A stretch of DNA of 64,000 bases from Vicugna vicugna (Eukaryota), in NCBI GenBank assembly GCA_013265495.1, contig MU058650.1, forward strand, positions 213,394 through 277,393, in the 5' to 3' direction. Position numbers and translations under genes: made by a program. This document shows positions 25,384 through 39,628 of the stretch, piece after piece; within the stretch, counting starts at the first letter, position 1; the number at the start of each line of letters is the position of its first letter. Under the pieces are notes generated by a model. The model did not search any database and had not been told where the DNA came from. It was given only the letters and a program-made list of their open reading frames with translations.

Positions 25384-28300
25384 TCTATTCTCAATAGTGA
25401 CTAATGAAGTTTCAAAGAAATAGAGATATATTTAACTTAGAGCCCCGTGGATTAGTTTCCATTGCAGTGTATTTTCAGAGAGAATAATTTTTAAAGTAAT
25501 ATGCCCTTTAAACAGCATGGTTGGTTGGTCATGTAACATCAATCCTCAAAAAGAGAGTACAGTCTAAACACAAATGAGTTCCAGAATTCAGTTGCAGTGT
25601 ACTTGTGCACTAGGCTGTTCACGTGAAATGTGTGAGATAGGCACATCTTATACTCCCATCTTCTGCTTCTGTCCTTTCCTCTTCCCTTCCTCTACTTTCC
25701 TCCTTCCCCTCTCTCTTCCCCTGTACCACTCTCCCTCCTCTCTGCATACTAAATTCTGAAACACCTGCTTTTCCACCCATCCCAACTCCTAATCCCCAAT
25801 ATAAACTACCCTCTGCTTCTTGACCTTGCTCCTTCCTTTGTAAAGGTAATTTGAAATAAAAATTTAAAACTACCTATTGCATTCTTTTCTTCCCTTTTTC
25901 AAGTCACATTTATGTTTTAACAATGATTTCTATTTGAATAAATCCAGAGTGGAAAATGCCTTTAATCTGGTAAGATATAGTTTTAAAAAAAAAACCCAAA
26001 CCAAAAAAAAACCCTGCAGATAATGCTATAGTGACACGATTGAGCTTTTGTATGCGAGAGAGGGGAGAAATATATTTATCCAATTGCTATACACTAAGGA
26101 AATGAGTGGAGATAATAAATCCAAGTTGTTCTGTTTATATCATCTCAACTGTCTGTGTGACGGACCTCTATGGTATGATTTCCTCAGAAAGGCATAAAAT
26201 CTCATGAAGTCAGCTTTCAATCAGATAATATTTTACTGTGTGCATGGAGCCAACAGATGCTTTTGAATCTTTGGCCACCATATATTTATGGCTTTGGACA
26301 AACTTCCAGTGCTGCCCAACTACAGAGACATGGAATCTGACAATGACTTACACTGGAAAACTTGCTTTCGAAGCTGAGTTGTTGCAAAGTAATATTCAGG
26401 TCCCTCTTAACTCTCTGCTGTGAGTCAAGAGCAATACAAAGCTAGTAGAGCCTTAGGACTCCACTGATTGGCAAGGTTCTCAAGGGTGAAACATCGTTCT
26501 TGCCTTCTTTCGCTCAAATCCCTTGTAATAATACACCCATTATTTGCATCTTCACTATCTCTGTACCAAGCATCATTTTTTTTCTCCTTTGGTCTATTTT
26601 ATTGTCACCAACTGACCACCTGCTGTTTGCCCTTACCTCTTCAAGTCGTCTCCAGCACATAGTAACAAGAGTGATCTCTTAACACAAAAAAGGGATTGTA
26701 TCTCGGTTTAACTTAATACCCTTTAATGACTGCTTTCATTTTAAGTCCATCCTTATTTTTATGTCTCACATCTTCTCCTTCACTGGAATCTAAGTTCCAT
26801 GAGGGCAAAGACTATATCTATCCTGGCTCACAAATGAATTATAGAACCTCAAATGAATTAACGGGGTCAATCTAAATGGAATCCAGCCTTCTGTCAGCAG
26901 ACTCACCACAGCATCAGTGGAGGAGACTCCTAACCCAATTCAGAAAAACCCTTTTTAGATAAGACCCTGAGGGCTGAGCGCAGAACAGTGATAGAATTGC
27001 CCCTGCCCCATTTTTACAGCGTGGAAGGAAATGAAAACAATGTCCAGAGGGAGCTCCAAAATGGCCCCAGCCTAATGAACTAACAGAGTAGGCAGCAAAC
27101 TAAGCAAGCACAGGAAAAGAGCAGAAAGGAAGGGAGGAATTAAAACGAAGGACAAAGGAGAGCTGAACAACAACAACAAAAACTTTGAGTCAGATTCTGG
27201 AGAACAGAGACTTGAGAAATTCCTAGTTAACACTCACGGCATGACCCTGCTGGGAGTGAGAAGTGTCGGGAGCAGAGCGCACACAAGTTTCCAACCCTCA
27301 CCATAATTTTAAAATGTACACAATTCGCTTCAAACTGTACCTACTCATTCCTTCACCCGCTTATTCATTCATTCATTTGTAACAGTCTTTATTGAGAATC
27401 TGTGACTATCTCTGGAAACATTAGAATACATTAAATGCAGCTTGTGGCTTCTGGAGCTTCTGGCTGTCCATCTGTCACGAGGCGGACTGATTTTCCCCCT
27501 GGAAATACTTTTCCTTCTCTCATTCATCAGTCAAGACTCAACCAAAATCCTTTTTGTTATCGTGGGTTTTTCACAATCCCCCTGGTTTTCCCTTATGTAA
27601 ATTCCCTTTGCATGTTTAATTGCCTCGCATCTTTTAAGCCTTGAAGATTGCCTTTCTGTATTACTTAAGGATTGTATACTCCTTAAGAACTGACATACTT
27701 TATTTTATTTGTAGTATTTCTCCCATGGACTTACTTAGCCCAGCCCAGATACGGGCACTCAGTGCATGATGAGTGCTTGGTAAATACTTTAACTCTGTTG
27801 GCTGGTTAGTAGGGTCATTATCTCCAGATGGGAATTTTAGTTGAGTTATTTCTCTTATTTTCTTGTTAATTTGGATATATAAGAAGGCCTTTCCTAGCAC
27901 TTTCAGACTGTTACTGATTCATGTCTGCTAACCAGAACCCATCCCCTGGTTCTCTTAACTGATTTCTATAATATCCTTTTGACACATTAAGTCGCTGTGG
28001 ATTCTACTTAGACCACTTGGTTACTGGATGCCTTGAATCCTTTAATGTGGCCAATCTAAGAATTTGCAAACTTTAAAAGTAAATACATTTAAAATATACA
28101 CTCATATATTCATTTACAGAACACTGATAAAGTAGCATTTTTTGAGTTTATGATACTTTGTTTTTATTTTAAAATTAAAAAGTTTTGACAGAGAAAATAA
28201 AATCCTTAAAATCTCAGCTTCACAATAAACTTTGCATCTGGAAATATGTTTGCATTTCTTTACATCTTTATCCATTCATTTTGCTGCCTGCCTTTTTCTT

Positions 28301-30859
28301 TTTTCACTTCACACTGAAATCCATCATGACACACTTACCAGTTGCTCCACATTCTTTGTTATCCTCTGTTTTGAGTCTGTGAAATTCCCTTCAGGGGACT
28401 AAATGAAAGAAAAGGGAAATGTAGTTTACTAAATATTTTATCAGAAACATTTTCCTGTGTTGTTGTATATCCTTCAAACAATTTTTTTAGTATTTATTTA
28501 TAGTGTTTAATATTTATTTGGTATGTGAACTATATGTATACTTTAGCTGTAACCAATATTGTAGCCAGTAATTCATGTACAGAGACAGTGATGCAAACAC
28601 TGGTTTATTTTATTTTGGCTTGTGTAAAGGGCCTCCTACCCCCAGATACACACAAACACCTGCAGGATGTGGCTCTGGAAGAGGTGTATCAATCCCAGGA
28701 AGCTAAAGTGAGGGAGGCTAGACAAAGCAGGATAAAAGAAATTCTCAAGTGGGGCCCTCTTTGAATTCAATTGCTATGGCAGCTTTTCTCACTCTGTGCA
28801 GAGTTGGAAGTGTGACATTTTGAAGTTAGTTTTTATAGAAACAAATGTCAGGAGGGGTGAGTCATACTAATATCTCCAAAAATAAATCCATCTTGTCAAA
28901 GAAATCAAAACTTTGCCCTCAAGCTTAGCCAGTGAGAAAGCAGGAGTCTTCCCACCCGTGGGCTGTGCGCTGCTTGAGGTAATCCCAGAATTTAAGGGAA
29001 GCATGGGGCTGAAAAGGCAGAAAATAAGAAGCAAAAAGAACTTGGGATTTTGATTTGATTTAACTGAAAACTGATCCTCGGGAAATGCACTATATTGAGA
29101 AGAGAAATGACTATTTCAAGTGAGAGTCAAGATAGGCCTCCTAAAGGAAGACCCTCCACTGTTCAGATTTGAGATGTAGCTTCAGCAGCAGCCTAGAGAG
29201 TTAGCATTTAATAATGAGCATCCATAGTGGTCAGAGCACAGAGGGAGAAAAACCTCCAGAGCCCTCAGTAGGATGTTTGGGATCCCAGGCTGTGCCCAAA
29301 AGCATGTCCTAATGTGGACACATCAATGTCCAGAGGGAATAAAGCTGAGTTCCAGCGTTAGAGATGATAAAGTCGTCTATATTTGGTTTCCCCCCACATT
29401 CCTTCTGATAGCTCTCTCTGATTTCAGTACTCATCCAGATAGCCAATAGCATTAAGCTTCCCTGCCCAGACCTGGACACCACTTCCCCCTGACTGCTCTC
29501 TTGCGAATACCAAATGGTCAAGTTTTGGCGAGGTCTGATTTGTCTGTTTGTTTGTTTTGATTGAAAACCTCCTTTCTTGTGCTAGAGACTGATGACACAA
29601 TGGTGAGCCAGACGAAGTTCCTGCCATCATAGAATTTACATTATATTCTGAAAAACAGACAGTAAACATATTAACAAATAAATGTGTGTGTGTGTGTGTG
29701 TGTGTGTATACAGTATAACTTCATGCATCATAAAAATAGAGTAAGATAGAGTAACTGTGATTTATTGAGTATGAGTTAGGGTGGGGAAGTCTTAATTACA
29801 GATGTCCTTTCTTCCATTTTACATATATCAAATATGCATGTGGTATTTATTCAGAAATACAGGAAGCCTCTCTGTGCCACCCTTGTTTTCAGCCATACGT
29901 TACACCTCTAGAAGCCAACTGCAATTACTAGCTTCTAGGATATCCTTCTAAAAATATTTTATGCAAGTATAAGCATACATGCATATGCAAGTATAAATTA
30001 ATTTATATAAACATACATATAGCATATTTCATTATGAAAACTTTCAAATATATAGTATTATTGAATAAATTTTATAGTAAACACTTATATATCCTCCACT
30101 TAGGTTCTACCATTACCACTTAATAGTACTTTTTTGGTCATTTATCTAACCATCTTATATTTCATGCATTTCAAAGCAAGGCAGATATTACTATACAACT
30201 CCTAAATGCTTCGGTGTGTATATCATTAACTAGAGCTCAGTAATTGTTTAGATTTTCTTTTGATGTAAGCCTGCAGTGCAAAGATTTATATCTTTCAATC
30301 CATAACCATTCTATAGCTCCACATTTATTTAGGACTTTTTTTTTCTCTCTCTCTCAGTAATGTTTTGTATCTTTTCATATAGAGATCTTACATATATTTC
30401 GTTAAATTGGTTTATGTGTTTTATGTTTTCTGATGCTGTTTATCTAATATCATACTCAATGGTGAAAGCCAGGAACAAGACAGTTCTGGAAATTACTAGT
30501 GTTGATAGCTGTACTTAATGTCACTGAATTGTACACATAAAAATAGTCAATTATGTGTTATATTTATTTTACCACAATTTAAAAAATAAATAAAATGTCT
30601 TAGTACAGGGCAGGGAAGGATATAGGATATCTCTGTATCTTTCTTCTAATTTTGCTGTGCAATTGAAACTGCTATAAAAAAAATCTTTAAAAAACATCAT
30701 ACTGGTTGGGTTTCTTCTAGGTTTCCCCTTATAAAGTACAAGGATTTGAGATGAATTACATAGAACATTTTGACCAGAGCCAACAATAGAAGAAAAGGCT
30801 TCAGTCCATGATATCCCCCTCATTCCCCTTGGAGGTGTGTGCTGGGGCCATTTTGCATT

Positions 30860-33265
30860 GACCGTACCATTTAGCATTCCCACCAGCAATGAATGAAAGT
30901 TCCTGTTGCTCCACAACCTCTCCAGCAATAAGTGTTGCCAGTGTTCCAGATTTTGGCCATTCTAATAGGTGTGCTGTGGCATCTCGTTGTTTTAATTTGC
31001 ATTTCCATGATAGTATATGATGTAGAGCATATTTTCATGTGCTTATTTGCCTTCTGTATATCTTCTTTGGTGAGGTCTTTTTTTTTTTTTAAATCTGATT
31101 GGTTATTTTCTTGTTGTTGAGTTTTAAGAGTATTTTTTGTATATTTTGTATAACAGTTCTTTATCAGATATTTACAAATATTTTCTCCAGATTTGTGGCT
31201 TGTCTTTTCATTTTGATGACATTGTCTTTTGCAGGACAGAAGTTTTTAAATTATAACGAACTGCACTTTATCAATGTTTTCTTTTGTGGATCCTCTTTTG
31301 TACTGTATCTAAAAAATCACCCGTATTCTGAAGGCCATCTGGCTTTCTCCTATGTTACCTTCTAGGACTTTTATAGCTTTACATTTTGCATTTAAGACTG
31401 TGATTCATTTTGTTATTTTTTTTGCAAACGGTCTAAGTTCTGTGTCTAAATTAATATTTTTCATGCGGATGTCCAGTTGTTTCCACACCGTATGTTGAAG
31501 AAACTGTATTTGCTCCATTGTATTGTCTTTGCTCCTTTGTCAATGATGAATTAACTATACTTGTGTGGGTCTGCTTCCAAGCTGTCTACTCTGTTCCATT
31601 GATGTATTTTATGATTTCATCAATACCAAACTAATCTTGATTATTGTAGCTTTACAGTAAGTCTTGAAGGTGGGTAGGGCTAGTCCTACAACATTTTTCT
31701 TCTCCTTCCATGTCATATTGGTTATTCTAGATTTTTTGCCCCTCTGCATAAACTTTAGAGTCAGTTTTTCAATATCCACAAAATAACTTGCTGGGAGTTT
31801 GATCAAGATTGTATTGAATCTATAGATAATTTTGGGAAGAACTGACATCTTGACAATAGTGAGTCTTTCTCTCCATGACCGTGGCATATCTCCTCTTTTA
31901 TTTAGTTCTTCTTTAGTTTCTTTTATCAAAGTTTTGTAGCTTTCTTTATTATACAAAAATTTTCCTTTTTTTTTTTTAGATTTATACCTAGGTATTTTAT
32001 TCTTTTTCAGGGTGATAATATAAATAGTATTGTGCTTTTAATTTCAAGTTTCACTTGTTCATTACTGGCATATAGGAAAGTAATTGACTTTTGTATATTG
32101 ACCTTGTTATCTTGCAAGCTTAATATAATTGCTTATTATGTTCAGCTTTTTCATTAATTCTTTCAGATTTTCTACATAGATAATTATGTCATTTGTGAAC
32201 AGAGACAGTTTTCTTTCTCTTTTCCAATATGCATATCTTTTATTTCTTTTTTCCCCCCATATTGTGCAGCCCAGGCCCCATGTGCAAAAAAAAAAAAATT
32301 AACTATGCAGGCTAGAAATGATTTATCAACAAAATGCCACAAAGGCTGGTGACAAAGCCAGACTGAACCAGCTCTAAGTGGACCACAGGAATGCACCTGC
32401 ACAAATAAAACCTGAAAGTATCCAAAAGCTACCTTTGCTTTATTACCCTGCTAAGATCTTTCTAAAGGGGAGAGTTGTACTCTGCTAGGCACAATTTGTG
32501 CAGTGTGCAAGGGAGCCTGGGGGATTGCACATATACTGGCTATTCCTGGAAATCCCCTCCTTTTCCCCCAGTTTCTGATGATGCACTTTCCTTACCCTTT
32601 ATAAGTCCCCTATTTTTCTCCCTTCAGAGATAAGGTGCCTTTAGAGCAAAAGGTCCCTTTTTCCATTATCTGGCCATTGAATAAAAGGCTATCTTGCTTA
32701 GACCAAATTCACTTTTGTTATTGGCAGCACAAAACTGAGTAGGAAAGAACTCCCTAACTGAGCTGGGGTAGGGGTGAGGGGAATTCAGTTCAGCTAGGAC
32801 CCAAGAGGGGATCTCATGCCTAATTCAGTAACACATTTTTTGTCTTAATTGCATTAGCTAGAACTTCCAGTATAATGTCAGAAAGGAGTGGTAAGAGGGG
32901 GACATTCTTGTCTTGTACCTGATCTTAGTGTATCAATCAAATCTTAGATTTGAATTTCTCACTACTAAATATAATAACTTTAGGTATTTTGGAGATTGTT
33001 TTATCAAGATGAGGAAGCTCCTCTCAATTCCAGTTTACTTTACAGAGACTTTTCACTATGAATGGATGCTAGATTTTGTCAAATGCTTTATCTGCATCCA
33101 TTTGATAGAACCATGTGATTTTTTTATTTGAAGTGTGTTGATGTGTTGGATTACATTAATTGATTTTTAAATGTTGGACCAGTCTTGCATGCCTGGAATA
33201 AATCCCACTTAGTCATGGTGTATAACTCTTCACACTTTGTTGTATTCAGTTTGCTAATATTTGGG
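30860..33265 (-). mobile_element. LINE-1 ORF2 3' half (old L1M), interrupted by an LTR
   Basis: ORF 31609-31956(-) [14 protein letters not shown]...[15 protein letters not shown]...[14 protein letters not shown] is L1 ORF2; the RT region continues at 32834-33265. Confidence 0.9.
32263..32833 (+). mobile_element. Solo LTR nested in L1
   Basis: TG...CA termini (tgtgcagcc...cagtaaca), TATA-like ttataag at ~32599, AATAAA at ~32680, 5-bp TSD catat/cattt with one mismatch; L1 is colinear on both sides. Confidence 0.8.
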
Positions 33266-34329
33266 GCTTCTTGCATTTTGCATCACCAAAGAGAAGGAAT
33301 CTGGGTCCATGCTAGAGATTTAAATTAGGAGTCAGACAGAAGAAATGTGATCCCGCCTTTGCAGACCAGTCCTCATTAACAAATCACCCCAGAGCTATGA
33401 AACACATAATTTCGTTTGAGAATTTTGAATGCTTTATCCTGTAGATGTGTGTTGATTAAATTAGTAGGGCTGTTTAAAAAAAAAGCCCTACATGTAATCT
33501 GCTACACATCAAATTGCTGTAAGGTAACAGAACTCACCAAGATCGTTGGGACAAACATGCTCAATATAGAAATCTATATCTTTATCTTGAGATAGAATGT
33601 GGATTATGGAGTGATCAGAAATAGGATAAGTTATTTTGAATTTAAGAGCCACCTGAAATAACAGGTTAAATACTAAATAAATACTCGCTTTTCTGAAAAT
33701 TTGGCCTGATTTTTGGTTGATTTTAATTCTAACTCTTTTTTTAATATAATTACTTAAGATTTAAATGATAGAAGATTGATACTAAGTTGTCCTCTTGAAA
33801 TACATTTAATTTATATGATATTTTTTCTGCTAAGATGCTTGAAATACTTTATAACATTATCAAAATGTTCCATTATATGCCATTTTGAAAGGAATAGGGA
33901 AATCTTGCAATGGGAAATAGATGAATAAAATAAAATCAAATCATCTTTACCAGATTATAAGACAAATTAGAAGTGGACACTTTAAAGGAAAAAAGATTAT
34001 CACATTCTCAATTGGATTATGCTTTATGTGACTTAAAAACTGCTAAATAGCTCGCTCTGTTTCTAATTATTCTTTATTTCAGTTTTTTTACTCTACCTGA
34101 AACTCTGCCAATTAGAGATTCAGTTTTGATAATTAAGTATGAAATAAGAAATCATTCTGGGACTTTGAGGCTATTCATTGTTCACACATTTGTATGATTT
34201 AGTTGAATCAAATTTCTTTCTGTTTTTCTCCTGAACTGAACTGTATTAAAGAAAGTGATAGTGGGCGATGTGAGGGGAGTAGAGAGATGAGAGTTGGAAA
34301 AGACTGGGGCATTTACAATGTTATCATTC

Positions 34330-34910
34330 ACCACCCTAAGACAGCCATCTGATTCCTGGCTTCATATTAAAACTACCAGGGGAGCTATTTTAAAATGAAA
34401 CAAAACAAAAACAACAAAACAAAGATCAATGCCTAAGCTCTTTATCCCCCAAGGACAACCATAATATAATTATATAATTATAATCATTGTGGAGAACAGG
34501 TTTTTGTTTGTTTGTTTGTTTGCTTTGCTTTGCTTTTGCTTTTGCTTTTTAAGTCTCCCTGATGATTTTAACTTGATAACTGAGACTGAGAACCACTTTT
34601 CAGTCCTGATACCCAGATGACATCCCATGCCAACTAAATTAGAATATCTGGAGCAAGAGAATAGGGACTGGTATTTTTTTAAGATCCCAAAGTAATTCCA
34701 ATGTGCAGCAAAATTTATGAACTACTGCACTTGAACTTACAGCTGAATAACCTAGAGGAGTAGTTAAAACAAAACTTGCTGGGCTCCATCTTCAGAGCTT
34801 CGGATTCAGCTGGCCTGCAGAAGAGCCTGAGAAGTTGAATTTCTACAAGTTCTCCAGTAGTGCTGATAATAGTATGAGGATATAGGAGCACTTTGGAAAA
34901 CTGTTTAGTA
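34330..34910. mobile_element. Cluster of about three adjacent MER5-like hAT remnants
   Basis: Repeated MER5-type motifs (ctccctgatgatttta...tgagaaccact; cccaaagtaattccaatgtgcagc...gaactactg; gctgggctccatcttcagagcttcggattcag...tttctacaagttctccag). Confidence 0.6.
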
Positions 34911-37900
34911 TTAACCACTAACTACTAATTTAACTAAAGGTAAAGTTATGCATAACTTACCCAGCAATTCCTTTTCTCAGTGTGTCCCCTACAGAAATTC
35001 ATATTTTCATGCACCAGGGGACATCTACAAGAATTTTTCCTAGTACTGTTATTTTCAGTGACTAAAAACTAAACATAACTCAAATGTCTAGTGGTAATAG
35101 AATGAAAAAGCAATCAGTGGCATGGACAGACAATGAAATAACACACAGCAATGATAATGAACAAGCACATCTGCATACAACAATATGAATGATTCTTTAA
35201 AACAAAATATCTAACAGAAGAAGCCAAACCCATACACACATAGAACACAATTTCATTTATATAAATTTCAAACAAAATGGAGAAGAGTAAAAGGAATTCA
35301 TAGGAATTCATACTTCAGGATTAAAATTATTTTAAAAATTAAGTAATTCTCTTAGTATGGATGGTGACTCCCTTTGGGGGTGTCAAAGTATTTTGGTCAG
35401 CAAGTGCCTTCTCAGGGTCTTCAGGACAATGGTACTTTTCCATCTCTTTAACTGGGAGATTGTTATATAGGTGTTTTCTTTATAATCATTTTAATACACT
35501 TTTGTTAATATACTTTTGTTAATATACTTCTGTTTTATGTGCTTTTCTATATATCTATGTATATATATATATAACATGTCACAATAAAAAGTCAAATATC
35601 AAATAATACAATTATGAAGCCAAGTAACCAGTAGAAGATAATTGCAGAGGCAACACTAACTTCAAAGCTGAAAGACAATAAATCTGAAATTGTGTGTAGC
35701 ACGGATATCTTATCTTTAAAGTCAATTCTGTGAACTAAGTAAAGAATGTTTCAATTACTTTGGAAAGTTGGAAAAACTTATTTTCAATGATTTTGAACTT
35801 TTAGGAAAAAATGGTGACAACCTGGGTCTTTTTTTTGTGAGATACTCTAGTTTATGCCTGCTGTCCCAGTGTAATTATTCATAGTACATTTTTATTTGGA
35901 CAATAAATTATGAGTATATGTCTATTTTTACCATTCTTTAGCTAGACACCTGAAATATTAAAAAAGAAATATGTCTTTCTAATGATGAATTTTAGTCTAT
36001 GCAGTAAGAAATTTCAACTGGGTAAATATGGAATTGCTCATTCATATGTATATGGTTTTGAAAAAACATGCATTTCCAAAGCCAAAGCATTTCTTTTTGT
36101 TGCAAGTCTTTTCTTTCTCCACATCTAATAGGTTTTGCTTACTTTAATGGTTCCACTGAAATTAATCACTCTGAGTGCTTACACCCACCCTGCCAAAACA
36201 TAAAAATAAAAAGCTGATTTCTTAAGGAAAACAATGGGGAAAAGGGCAAGATCCCAAAACTTAGTGAATAAATATTCAACATCTGCAAAGTCATGTGCTT
36301 TTAAATTTAAATGCCATTTTCAGAAGTTTTTCTGACAATCAGTGAAAATTTAAATCCTGCAAGGTAAGTGCGAGAAAGCTAAAATGGGGTTAGGCAGGGA
36401 GATGCAAGTCAAAGCACAAAAAGGAATAAAAATTTGTGCTAAGCTTTTTGTAACTTGAACTTCCAAAGTAACATCTTCAAGTAAAACACTGGGAACAACA
36501 AAGTGTTCCCACACAGTCACATCCTCCTCTTCTCCAACCCACCCTCAGGAAGGATAAAGCTAAAGTTTTTAGATCAGATTGAAATAACTCAGCAAAATTT
36601 ATTAATACTTGACTAATTCTTAGGCCCTCAGGATAAACTCCCATTGACGTCAGCAGATTTCTTTTGCAGACAGTCTCAAAAGGTTTCCACTGTGTTATTT
36701 AGAGCACTGCCATTTTAGGACAGAGCTTCAAAGGCCTTACCTTCCACTGCTAGGAGATTGGCATTTAGAGCCCAAACCCCAGATGCAGTGATTCCCTCCT
36801 GGCCGTTTCTGAAGAATGCTGCCTGAACTTTATATCTGCATCTGAGAAGTAGGGCAGGAGACTGTATCGCCCCTAGAAGCTTCTTTTTTGTGGCCATTGT
36901 CAATTTGAAAGTGTAAGGACTGACCAATAGACATGATGTTGCTGACTAAGGAGTCGAGTCTAATTACACACATTCAAGCTGTGTCTACCCATGCAGACTA
37001 ATCTGAGGAAGGGGACCTGGTTAACTAGAGTCATAAAGCTTTATGTAAAATAATATATCAGCCTAGGATCACTGGTTGTTCATTTAAGCCAGCTAAAGTT
37101 AAAAGAAATGTATTTTTAGGCTAAAACAGACAATCTCATATGCATTTAAGGCTAAGAAATGACATAGAGCCAAAGTATATGGGACAGACATTAGAACAGA
37201 AAAATTGGTTACATGATTATTCTGTTTCTAGAGCAAAGATTCCCCCTTATCTCTGATTTTTTTTTCTTCTGAGTTCCTATTCTTCTACTTGCCCTGACAT
37301 TTCAACTCAATTATGCACTATCAGCTAAATAATAGTCCCTGTGTCTCCAAGTACAACTTCTCAAGAGAAAGAATCTAATTAGTTCAACCCACTCTATGCA
37401 GTGGTTTTTCTGGTGTTGGCCTCCAACCCTAGCCAAGTCAGGTGGTGGTGAGTCGTCCCTTCCTACAAAGGGAGCTGTGAATGGGGTACATTCTAGAAAC
37501 AATAGAGTGGACTGGGCAGGCGTTCCCCAAATTTCTACTATGAGGAATTTATACAAATCATTTAAACTTATTATATCCTGGATGGACCTGTGTTTAGATG
37601 GACAAAATGCTGCCTCTTCTTCCTTTGCCTCCCAGATCTATATGAAATTCAGAAAATATATAACCAATGTTCAGATGACAATGTTGAAACCACAAGAGGG
37701 GTTTTCAGTCTTCTGCAATGGAAATGCATTAGTGAAAGTAGAATGGTGTCCCCAACATGTATGCCTTTCTTTATGCAAAAAACCTCTGTGGTTGGATTTC
37801 TCCCAATTCCCTAATGAGGTTTATACATTTCCAGCATGTTTCTGTTTAATACTCTTCCCCCAAATCTGAAGTGAAGAGTATTTTACATTAATAACAAAAA

Positions 37901-39628
37901 TGCATTTGAATTTTGCCAGAAAATGCCAAAATTTTCAAAATATGATGCATTTTTGTCCAACTAAACCGCTTAGAATACATATTTTATGAGCCAGTGGAGT
38001 AATGGAAATTTTAATATTGCCCTGTTTCTTCTATATCTTTGATCACACCTCTTGGCTAACTTTTCCTCCAGAGTTAGAATATTCAGTTTATTTTCTTTTA
38101 CTTGGGATAAAAATAAGTATTAGGGGTATTTTTTGAATCCCTTCAAAGTTAGTTTTTGCAAAAATTATATTCTAACCTGCATTTACTACTAGAAATTTAC
38201 TAAGGGCATAGCTGATTCATTTCCAGGAAGAACAACCACTTTTCTTAATGAAGTCAAGGAAGATGAAGTCAACAATTCAATGGAAAAAAAGAATAGACTT
38301 CCTTCTTTTCATATGACATTGATTTTTTTTTTTTAATATTCAGGAGCTGAAATTTTTATCTTAATTTCTTAATATCTTACATTTTCTTAATGTGCACAAT
38401 TCTCATTTTAAGATTTTCAGTTTTTCAAGGTTGAATGAACACCATTTAAAAATGCAGTGAAACTTTATTTACTGACTTACTTATTTTAAACCAGCCTGGC
38501 TTGTTCCTCAAAAACTCACGATCTGAGATGAGATGGGGAAAGTGGCAAGATCCCTCAGTTGCGTACTATCCAGTAAGGAGATGGTACCGGTGGTCACTGT
38601 TTGCTACCTCAACTCTGGGCACGGAAATAGCTTGCTCTCACAGGGGGGGTTCACCCACTGAGTGTCTCCCAGCCGTGTACTTCTATACCTGTCACTTGAG
38701 TATTTGTGACAGTTAATGCTGAACGAGATGTCAACTTCTAAACACAGGCTTGTTTGTTTGTTTGTTTGTTCATGTAAAGTGAGCTCGGGTTGATAGATGC
38801 AGCTTTATTCATTAACATTTATTCAGTCATTCATTCAATTAGGCAACAAATGCTTTTTTAACAAATATTAAAAAACACTTGGCAAGTGTTTATTGAACTC
38901 CTACTATGTACCAAGCACGGGTCTTGGATTGGGGTTACAGAAGTAAATAAAAATAATAAGGTTTCTACTCAGCTCAAGTGGGAAAGACTGTCACAAAGAT
39001 CATTTTCCTGTGAAGAGTTTTGTGGAGCTGTGAGGGAGAAAGGAGGAAGGCATAACTGAGTTTGGGGATGAAATATGCATTTATGGGGAAATAACATGTA
39101 GGCAAATAATAAGGAAGATAAGTAGGAGTAAGTCAGGCAGGATGGTTATGAACTGGGAAGGAAAATTTTATGTTTGGGAAACTGAAAAGTCAGAGTAACT
39201 GGTCCATAGAAAGTACTGGGTAAAGTGGCTCAAAATGAGACTAGGACTATAGACAAGGGTCATGGTAACGTGGACTCATAATCCACTTTAACAGTTTGGG
39301 GCTTGGCCCTAAGTACAATGGAAAACAATTCATGTGTCTTAAGCCATAGATGACATGACCTCATTTATTTTAAAAATAACACTGGCTGGAATGGAATGAC
39401 AAGGGCCGAAGTGCAAGTGCAGTAAAGTGAGTTTGAATTAGGTGGAGGCAGTGGGAATCAGGGAAGTCTATTGATTCAAGACATCCTGAGAAGACATATC
39501 CAATATGTCAGCAAATTCTGTTGTTTATAAGTATTGAGGTAACAGGAACAAACTCCATGATTTGGGTTTATGCAGTTGGGTGCATCGTAGTGCCATTTGC
39601 TGAGATGGGAAAGACTGAAGAAAGAAGG

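Noticed and set aside
36636..36652. Resemblance of aactcccattgacgtca to the CMV enhancer repeat (vector contamination or viral insertion)
   Set aside because: The match is short, centred on a generic CRE, and does not extend into the flanks.
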